DNA of 64,000 nucleotides from an uncultured virus (IMG/VR IMGVR_UViG_3300013121_000030) (Duplodnaviria; Heunggongvirae; Uroviricota; Caudoviricetes): IMG/VR virus record IMGVR_UViG_3300013121_000030, positions 170,245 to 234,244 of that record; one strand, 5' to 3'. Shown piece by piece: positions 56,998 to 64,000 of this stretch (position 1 is its first letter; each line of letters starts with the position of its first letter). The notes under the pieces were generated by a model. It saw only the letters and a program-made list of their open reading frames with translations, ran no database searches and was not told where the DNA came from. The position numbers and the translations under genes were made by a program.

Positions 56998-57678
56998 TCA
57001 GCCGAGAAGATTGGGGCGGTGGGGGAGGAGAGGAGAAGAAGAACGGTGAGGATTGTGTTCATGAGTTGTAATACCCGTGATCTGCATCCCCTCCAATGCC
57101 AACACAGGGTTGTTCTCCAGAGCTTCAGCTTCCTTCAAGAGGACCTCCGCGTGGTCCTGGATGTGGGGCCAGAGGGACTGAATGAAGTCCGTGCCCATCT
57201 GGGCGAGGACTGATTGAAGGGCCTCTTGCGACCACTGTTGGAGGCGGACGTTTTGGAGCCGGACGCCCGCGGCGTGAGCCGCGATGGGCGTGAGAATCAT
57301 GAGGATGGATTGGGTCGCTGGGGACTCGGGGAGACACGAGTTGTCATTGCCGCGGTCCCACCACGAGGTAGCCCTCCGGCAATCGTGTGGGATACAGTTG
57401 ACACGGCGATCCACAAGGCCCTCCAGGTTCAGAAAGTGGAGGCAGTGTCGCACCATCCCAATTTGTGCCTGGAAATGTGCGGCGATCTCCTCAGCCGTGA
57501 CCAGCCAACGATCCGCAGCAATCTGGGCTTGGACCCACACCCTAATCTCGGCGAGGAGGCGATGGAGCTTCCACTTCTTTTTCGTGGGACGAAACGCCAG
57601 CTTCTGGGTCCCGCAGTGGTCACACTTGAAGGTTGCGTGGCCTCGTTCGAGGCCGCGTGGATAGTCTGTTCCGCCCAT
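56998..57678 (-). CDS. Chimeric ORF: wHTH-like N-terminus plus the duplicated helical domain
   Basis: VTAEEIAAHF...LHFLNLEGLV followed by the 222-bp duplication. Confidence 0.5.
   Translation of the reverse strand: MGGTDYPRGLERGHATFKCDHCGTQKLAFRPTKKKWKLHRLLAEIRVWVQAQIAADRWLVTAEEIAAHFQAQIGMVRHCLHFLNLEGLVDRRVNCIPHDCRRATSWWDRGNDNSCLPESPATQSILMILTPIAAHAAGVRLQNVRLQQWSQEALQSVLAQMGTDFIQSLWPHIQDHAEVLLKEAEALENNPVLALEGMQITGITTHEHNPHRSSSPLLPHRPNLLG
57114..57335. repeat. 222-bp dispersed duplication, copy 2
   Basis: Matches 992-1213 in the same orientation. Confidence 0.9.
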
Positions 57679-58101
57679 GGTTGGTCAAATACCCACTAAT
57701 CCACCTCTGGTCATGGAGATGCTATGAGACTCAAGTCTGACCAGGAAGTCCTCCTGGCGTTCTCAAATCGCACAGCTTCTCGATCAGAAAACCTGGTATC
57801 AGACGGCAATCGCCTCTCGGGGGAATGGGTTGGGGGGTCGGATATTGCAGTGTGGAGTGGTGGCCGGGTGGCGTTTAGCGATCTTGGGTCTGAAGAGGCG
57901 GATCGAGTCCAACAGGCTTTGCGCGGATTTTTGTCGCCTTACCAGATCCAGGGGAATGCTCAACAGAAGATGGCAGCGGTAGTGGCGGCTCGGTGGATGC
58001 GCCGCAAGTCGACTGTCTTGAGACAAACTTCTCAGGCCTCCTCCCACGGAATCCAAGCGACTCTCCAAGTGCGCCCGATCCGGCGGAAAGGCTAGACAGT
58101 T

Positions 58102-58494
58102 ATGGCGTGCCAGTGCCAGACCTATTGTAACTGTTGCAAGAACTTCTGGGTGACGGATTCGGGCGTCAATATGCTCAAGGGCTGTCCCTGCGACCCCAAT
58201 AATCCTGTCAAGTTGAACTTGTGTATGTTCCTGGACATCTACATTCAGAGCAAAAAGGCCAAGGAGGACTTCTGGAAGCTCTACCCGAGCCTTTTCCCTT
58301 GCGAGAAAGAGAAGTTCGATGAACTCTTTGCCCAAAATCCATGGACAAAGAAATATTCTTTGGAGGACGATCAGTTCATCGAGGACAAGTTCCAGTCCGC
58401 GATGAACAAGATTCCAGTATATTCAGTGACTCTAAACACCTTCCCCAAGAAGGTCATTCCAGCGCCTCTGACCCCCTTCAAGGGATGTCCCTAA
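58102..58494 (+). CDS. Cys-rich hypothetical protein
   Basis: 130 aa; its stop codon lies in the trailer CRISPR repeat. Confidence 0.55.
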   Translation: MACQCQTYCNCCKNFWVTDSGVNMLKGCPCDPNNPVKLNLCMFLDIYIQSKKAKEDFWKLYPSLFPCEKEKFDELFAQNPWTKKYSLEDDQFIEDKFQSAMNKIPVYSVTLNTFPKKVIPAPLTPFKGCP

Positions 58495-58732
58495 ACCCTT
58501 TCGGGATCACTGATAGTCGGAGGGAGTTCGGATCTTCCCAGAACCCTGCTGGTGCCTAAACCCTTTCGGGATCACAGATAGTCGGAGTTGAGACTCTTGC
58601 CCTCGTATCCCCGCGGACGAACGTGCCTAAACCCTTTCGGGATCACAGATAGTCGGAGGGCGGCGGCTACCCGACGGTGTGGACCTCGGTGATCAGGTGC
58701 CTAAACCCTTTCGGGATCACAGATAGTCGGAG
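58487..58732 (-). CRISPR. CRISPR array 2: 4 repeats (trailer repeat degenerate), 3 spacers
   Basis: Minus-strand repeat CTCCGACTATCTGTGATCCCGAAAGGGTTTAGGCAC; spacers 38, 35 and 29 nt. Confidence 0.95.
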
Positions 58733-58911
58733 GTACCCCTTTCCAGGGGAACGAGATCATTGAGGTTTTGGGGGCCTCTGGCACGCGAGACCTATTGCAC
58801 TAGGTCCGTAGGACCCATGTGCCTCATCCCTTCAGTTTTCAGACAGCCTCGCAGCCCAGGCTGCGGGGGCTTATACCCCAGAATGCACGCGAGGTCCAGA
58901 CTTCTTGAGTC
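58733..58911 (-). promoter_or_regulatory. CRISPR leader 2
   Basis: Inverted near-copy of 31160-31339. Confidence 0.8.
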
Positions 58912-58953
58912 AGGACCCCACGTGCCTCCGCGCGATTAGCGCGACTCTTTGGG

Positions 58954-59469
58954 TCACGGATCCTCCTTGCTTGGCACATAGGGCATTCCACGAAGGACTT
59001 GTTTGTTTGGCTTCTCTGGTGAGACCCCATCCCCGAACTTCATAAACCCTCCCTTGGCGGGCAAGGAGTGTGTGATTTGCTCATCGGGTGAAATCTTGGA
59101 GGTTTTGGAGGAAGCTTCTTCGAGGAAGTGGAGGATGGCCTTGGTTTTTCGCCCCAGGTGCGAAATATCCACGCCAAGGGTTTCCGCTTGGGCTCGAAGT
59201 GAGGCCAGCGTAGGTCGGCCTGATTTCCGTACGAGGATTCCAAGTGACCCATCATCTTTCAAGATGACCTGACCATTTGGGGTTCCAGAGGTTCTGAGAA
59301 GGACTTCGCGGGCAAAGTCAGAAGAGGGGCTGGACAAATACTCTCGAATTTGGTCCAGCGTGTTGAGTGCTTCCACCCAACGGTCTGCGAGAGGACGTTC
59401 TCCAGACCGTGTTCCGGCATTGAGAAAAGGGCGAAGAAGTTCATGGGGGGCAGATATAATACGGGGCAC
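58954..59469 (-). CDS. Hypothetical protein
   Basis: 171 aa ORF. Confidence 0.5.
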   Translation of the reverse strand: MPRIISAPHELLRPFLNAGTRSGERPLADRWVEALNTLDQIREYLSSPSSDFAREVLLRTSGTPNGQVILKDDGSLGILVRKSGRPTLASLRAQAETLGVDISHLGRKTKAILHFLEEASSKTSKISPDEQITHSLPAKGGFMKFGDGVSPEKPNKQVLRGMPYVPSKEDP

Positions 59470-59488
59470 GAGAAACCTTACCCTGGTC

Positions 59489-61723
59489 TTATGGGGTTCC
59501 TGTCACAGACATTACCAATGTGTCTCCAGCCCCAGGGATGACATTGTAGGTGGTGCGGAAGATGATGATGTTGCCCGGAAGGTAGGTGAACGGCCCCGCG
59601 GCCAAGGGGAGAGACACGAGAGAGGTGGCTGGCAGAGCACTGATGTCGTAGGGAGCCGTGAGAATTGAGGCTGCTCCTCCTGGAGGCCCAATAAGGATGT
59701 CCACGAAGACTGATCCGGGGGCCATGGCGAGAGCCTGATTGATATACAATTGGGCGGCTCCAGATCCTCCCCCCAAAAAGGAAAGATTCATGTTGATGAT
59801 CTCGAACTCATCAATGTTGAAGGGAGGGACGCCAACAGAGGCGATGGCTTGGCTTCGAGAAAATGCGGCAGTGCCGGGGTTGGAGGCTGCTGCAAGGAGA
59901 CGACCGTTGGCATCGACTGTGATGTCAGCCCGGGTGTAGCTGCCAGCCACAACGCCTGTTGAAGCCAGACCAATAGTGTAGTTGGCATTGGGGCCGCTGT
60001 CCACCCCGGAAAGATCGGCTGTGAGGGCCAGGGATCGTTCCTGAGTCAGGGACCCATTGAGTGCCAGGACAAGATATTGGGCGTTAGTGGGGGCCGATCC
60101 GCCCACGATGGAGTCTATCGCATCCTGAACATTTTGGACTCCAAGCCCCGAGAGGGTGTCATCGTAGAAGATTGTGGAGCTGAGAGTGAGGGCTCGAAGG
60201 ACCACTCCAGGCGTGATTGTGAGAGTGCCAAATTCACAGGATCCTACAAAGAGGCTGGCAGTTCCGGGAACAGCAGTGTCATCCGCAGAGATTCCCAAAT
60301 AGGACCCTGGGGGAGCAGTGTTCGTTCCCAAAATGCAATTGCGGAGGCGAAGGAGGAGATCGGCAGCTGCCCCTGTGGCATCCGGATTGGCTTGGAGGAT
60401 GGAGGCGACTGCGGCTCCTGTGTTCTGGAAGTCACAATCAGAGGCATAGAAGTCCGCTGCCCAGGTTTGGACTCCAAAGGAAAGAGGGTTGAGACCCGTT
60501 TTCTCGAAGGAACATCGGGTGAAGTAGGCTGTTGTTCCCCCATTTCTGAGGAGGTCTATACGCCCAAGACTGGTTCCGACAAAGGAGGTTCCAGTTGCCT
60601 GGAGGCTTGTAGTGTTCCCGGGGGCCGCCTGGGCCACGAAACTCAAGGATCCGGGGTTGAAGGTGTCTTGCTGCGAGACAAGACATTCTTGGAGGATAAG
60701 GTTGCCTCGTTCGGCGGAGACTGCGGCTCCTTGTCCTGGGGCCCCTCCGCCAGTTTGCAGGAAATGGCACCGCAGGAAGTAGGCATCCCCCTGGCCGACT
60801 TTGCGGAGGAGGGCGTTGGTGGTGGCCCCTGTGTTCTCCAGCACGATGCCGGAGACGAAGCAATACTCGCCTGGGTTGGGGATATTTGCAGTATGAGTGG
60901 CTGCGGGAGGTCCGCCTGCATTCAGACAACGGACGACGACTGCGCGGTCGCTGTCTGGAAGATTTCCTGCACCACTCCCAGGGGTGGGCCATCCAACGAT
61001 GTGGATGTAGGGCTTGAATTGGAGGTCTTCCCGGTAGAAGCCAGGTCGGACTGCAATGACCATGGGCTGATACGAAGAGGGCAGAATCCCTCCGTTGTAG
61101 TCTGGGTTGGACTCTGCCGCAGTGATCGCATCTTGGATGGTTGAGAAGTCTGCGAAGTCCTCAGCGATGGTGGGGTCGTTGGGGGTGTTGTTGTTGTCGA
61201 GGCCACGGTTGGCGTCAACGTAGATGATTCGTCCCGAGGTTGCGGAGCGTTGGATAAAGGCGAGGAGATTGTTCAGGTTGAAGTTTTGGTCGTTGGCCCA
61301 ACCTTCAGCGCTGGCATCCACAGGGATTACAGAAGTCAGGCCTGGGGTGGAGGAGTTTTCACGCTTTTCACCCGCAGCAACCAAGGACAGGTCGCCGAAT
61401 TTGGTCAGAAATCGGAGGCGCAGATACATTTCGTTCTGCGTCGGGAGACCTGCGTCGACGACGAGCCGGATCAGGTAGGAGCCCTCATAGTCCACCACAA
61501 AGGTCAAAGGCCCCGCGGAGAAGGGGTCCCCAACAAGGGCAGCCGCCGAATTGACACGGTTTCGGTTTTGAGGCTTGTAGGCGATGGACCAGGCGTAGGA
61601 GGAGGCAGGGGCCGCGATGAAATCGAGGGTGACTGTGTCCCCCTCACGGAGATCATTCCGGCTCAGGTTGACGACGGGAGCGAGGCCGTTGACGAGGGTG
61701 CGGATGATGATCGGCGTGGGCAT
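59489..61723 (-). CDS. Virion protein with a pectin-lyase-like beta-helix (tailspike/fiber-like)
   Basis: IIYVDANRG...FSTIQDAITAA...AVRPGFYREDL; GSYTRADITVDANGRL fiber motif. Confidence 0.7.
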   Translation of the reverse strand: MPTPIIIRTLVNGLAPVVNLSRNDLREGDTVTLDFIAAPASSYAWSIAYKPQNRNRVNSAAALVGDPFSAGPLTFVVDYEGSYLIRLVVDAGLPTQNEMYLRLRFLTKFGDLSLVAAGEKRENSSTPGLTSVIPVDASAEGWANDQNFNLNNLLAFIQRSATSGRIIYVDANRGLDNNNTPNDPTIAEDFADFSTIQDAITAAESNPDYNGGILPSSYQPMVIAVRPGFYREDLQFKPYIHIVGWPTPGSGAGNLPDSDRAVVVRCLNAGGPPAATHTANIPNPGEYCFVSGIVLENTGATTNALLRKVGQGDAYFLRCHFLQTGGGAPGQGAAVSAERGNLILQECLVSQQDTFNPGSLSFVAQAAPGNTTSLQATGTSFVGTSLGRIDLLRNGGTTAYFTRCSFEKTGLNPLSFGVQTWAADFYASDCDFQNTGAAVASILQANPDATGAAADLLLRLRNCILGTNTAPPGSYLGISADDTAVPGTASLFVGSCEFGTLTITPGVVLRALTLSSTIFYDDTLSGLGVQNVQDAIDSIVGGSAPTNAQYLVLALNGSLTQERSLALTADLSGVDSGPNANYTIGLASTGVVAGSYTRADITVDANGRLLAAASNPGTAAFSRSQAIASVGVPPFNIDEFEIINMNLSFLGGGSGAAQLYINQALAMAPGSVFVDILIGPPGGAASILTAPYDISALPATSLVSLPLAAGPFTYLPGNIIIFRTTYNVIPGAGDTLVMSVTGTP

Positions 61724-61799
61724 AGCGGTTTATGGGAGGCCGAATATAGGGCCTGCAACGGTAAGAGGTTCTGTGCGGATTGTGGGGTAGAGTCTCCAC

Positions 61800-62804
61800 A
61801 TGTCCGAAGAGAAGCTGGTCAAATTGAATTATCTCCCACTCTCGACCTGGGAGATTGCCCTATCAGGGGCTGGGGTTCGATGGAGGAAAGATGGGACAGA
61901 GGAATACCGTCAAGGCATTTCCTTTGAGCCAGAGGAGGATGGATTCAGGATCCGGGCTGGGAGAAGGGACCTGGTCGTCCCGGATGGGACGATGGTGGCT
62001 GTGAGGAAGAACCCCCTGGACAAGGAGAGCTTCGTACACGTACACCTTGTTTCGGTTGGGGAGTACCTCCCAACAGAGGACCAAGGGTGGGTGGAGATCC
62101 GAGAAATTGTGCGGGAGAGAAAGGTCGGCCGCGTGTGTATCGAGGCCGTTATGAGCGAGGAAGAGACTTCGCGGGTGAGTTTTCCTCTAGCGCATCTCTA
62201 TTCTCTTGGCTACTTTCGTGTAGACGTATTTTGCCTCCCCCAATTTCACCAAGGAACCCTCGGTTGGGGTTATGACTGGAACGTCAGGGTTGAATCGGTA
62301 CCTCCTGTTAGGTGGCACCAGCAAAAATCGGAAAGCCCTTTTTCTTTCACCGTCGCACGTTGGGGGGCTTTCTTCCAAAAATCCCTTTCCTCCATTAAGT
62401 GGGAAGAAGGGGGGTTCGTGGCTCAATTTGAGAACTACTCCCTGAGACTTCGCCAGCATCCTCAGGGAGTGGTGATTGACGTCCATGATGGCAAGTTCAA
62501 GTTCAAGTCTCCTCCGCTTCTGTATGGGGAACTGGAACACTTCCTGGACCATCCGCAGGAAATGTGGAATCTCCTGATGCTTCTCCATCATTATGATCAT
62601 CGGTTTGTCCCCGAAACGCTCAAGAAGTACAGGGATGTGGTTTTGCGGGAGAACATCATTCAACAACACATCCAGGCAATGGAAGCGGATTCTCGGGAAC
62701 CCAAGCAAATACCCATGTCCAAGAGTCCTTGGGTGGTTCAGAAGGATACGGGAGAGGTTTCTTTGGTGGCCCCTGAAATCGAGATCCAAGTAGATGAGCA
62801 ATAG
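61800..62804 (+). CDS. Hypothetical protein
   Basis: 334 aa ORF. Confidence 0.55.
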   Translation: MSEEKLVKLNYLPLSTWEIALSGAGVRWRKDGTEEYRQGISFEPEEDGFRIRAGRRDLVVPDGTMVAVRKNPLDKESFVHVHLVSVGEYLPTEDQGWVEIREIVRERKVGRVCIEAVMSEEETSRVSFPLAHLYSLGYFRVDVFCLPQFHQGTLGWGYDWNVRVESVPPVRWHQQKSESPFSFTVARWGAFFQKSLSSIKWEEGGFVAQFENYSLRLRQHPQGVVIDVHDGKFKFKSPPLLYGELEHFLDHPQEMWNLLMLLHHYDHRFVPETLKKYRDVVLRENIIQQHIQAMEADSREPKQIPMSKSPWVVQKDTGEVSLVAPEIEIQVDEQ

Positions 62805-62836
62805 AGTTCCCATAGGTCACCTTCCCTTGAGGAAGG

Positions 62837-64000
62837 ATGGGATCTCTCGCAATCCTTATTGTCCGTCTCACTCATACTGGCCTCCTGCCCGATGGGCGAA
62901 CGAACACTGCGTCAGTGCTCGTCTCGGATGCTGACTTCGGATACGAGCTTCAGACCCGAAAAGTTCCTGCCTACATCCCTCCGGGGGAGTTCATCGAACT
63001 CCCCCTCACAAGCCGCACTCTGTTTTTCGCTGGCGCAGGGGAACATTGCTGGATACGTCCAGAACGGTCTCCTGCAAGCGGATCTCTTCATTCGTCTCCG
63101 AAACTCCATGGATCTGGGGGGATCCGGGACGGGTGTGGGTTTGGCAGTCGTCAATCCCAACATTCGCAGATCATCCAATCTCCTCCAGTTCGTCATCCCG
63201 ATGCTTGATGCTTCGGGGTACATCCCTGGAGAACAGATTGAGATCCAAGGGCTCACGGGAGCCTACACAACTCTCAATGGGTTCTACACAATCACTTCGG
63301 TCGCAAAAGGGACAAATCTCAGCGGCCTGAATGTTTCTCACTACTTAGTCTCCGTATCTTCGCCGGGGCTGGACATTGCTCCAACCCAATTGGCTGGGGT
63401 CACGGTGACCCTTCCCGATGGGAAGGTCACCATCGAACTTTCGGGGTCGGGAAACGCTGGGGGTCTGGGGTCGCAGGCTTCAATGTATGTGGGGGGGTCC
63501 GCCAACATCATTGGCGGAGTGGATCCGTCCTACTTGAGTTTGACCCCGTTGGACTCGGCTGATCCGCCACGGGGATCTGTTTTCATTGACCTGGTGACCC
63601 TCAAGCTGGTGTTCAAGGCCACCGATGGGACTTTGGTTCCGATTGGAGCTGGCGGAGCTGGGGTGGACTCCTTCAATGGCCGGACAGGGGTGTTGGTAGC
63701 AGAGGCGGGGGATTACTTCGCCTCTCAGATTACAAATGATGCTGGTCCTCCAGGTCCAATTGGAGGCACACTAAAAAGTGCGGTGGAAAGTCTTGGGGGA
63801 TCTGTGAGCACCGCCCAGGCAACCGCGGATGCGGCGGCAGCCGCCGCAGGCAATGCCCAGGCAACCGCGGATGCGGCGGCAACCGCCGCAGGCAATGCCC
63901 AAGCAACCGCGGATGCGGCGGCAACCGCCGCAGGCAATGCCCAGGCAACCGCGGATGCGGCGGCAACCGCCGCAGGCAATGCCCAGGCAACCGCGGATGC
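62837..64000 (+). CDS. Tail-fiber-like gene with a +1 frameshift at T5 (63023-63027), truncated by the window end
   Basis: ...SRTLF then +1 frame SLAQGNIAGY...VDSFNGRTG...AQATADAAATAAGN repeats, open to the end. Confidence 0.6.
63813..64000 (+). repeat. 42-bp tandem repeat (AQATADAAATAAGN coiled coil)
   Basis: GCCCAGGCAACCGCGGATGCGGCGGCAACCGCCGCAGGCAAT, more than 4 copies. Confidence 0.9.

Noticed and set aside
992-57335. Diversity-generating retroelement TR/VR pair from the 222-bp duplication
   Set aside because: Differences are mostly synonymous and not adenine-specific, and there is no reverse transcriptase in the window
58523-58551. Self-targeting of cas3 by the short trailer spacer (11-12 nt matches at about 48670 and 50160)
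   Set aside because: Matches this short can arise by chance in 64 kb

Overview
This looks like a 64 kb segment of a large (jumbo-type) bacteriophage. A myxobacterial host is inferred from the Myxococcus-type cas genes and a Cys-rich myxobacterial-style lipoprotein. Main contents: (1) about 33 tRNA genes, 30 of them in a cluster at 36.7-42.9 kb interleaved with many other structured RNAs; (2) a type I-B (MYXAN/Cmx8-like) cas6-cas3-[GyrB fragment]-cas8-cas7-cas5 operon with no cas1/2/4 in the window, plus two oppositely oriented CRISPR arrays with near-identical leaders; (3) a fractured gene with an atypically split intein around a free-standing endonuclease; (4) a serpin, ADP-ribosylglycohydrolase, NADAR, Thg1-like protein, two DNA methyltransferases, a minimal class II aaRS-like protein and a sigma factor; (5) 17 copies of a GTGTAA-N17-TACACT promoter, many driving apparently leaderless mRNAs. 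The most striking signal is a family of seven Y-RNA-like elements in the tRNA cluster. They share one outer scaffold and carry either a circularly permuted tRNA or a bare anticodon stem-loop with varied anticodons. All calls were made by eye from sequence motifs. No database searches were run.
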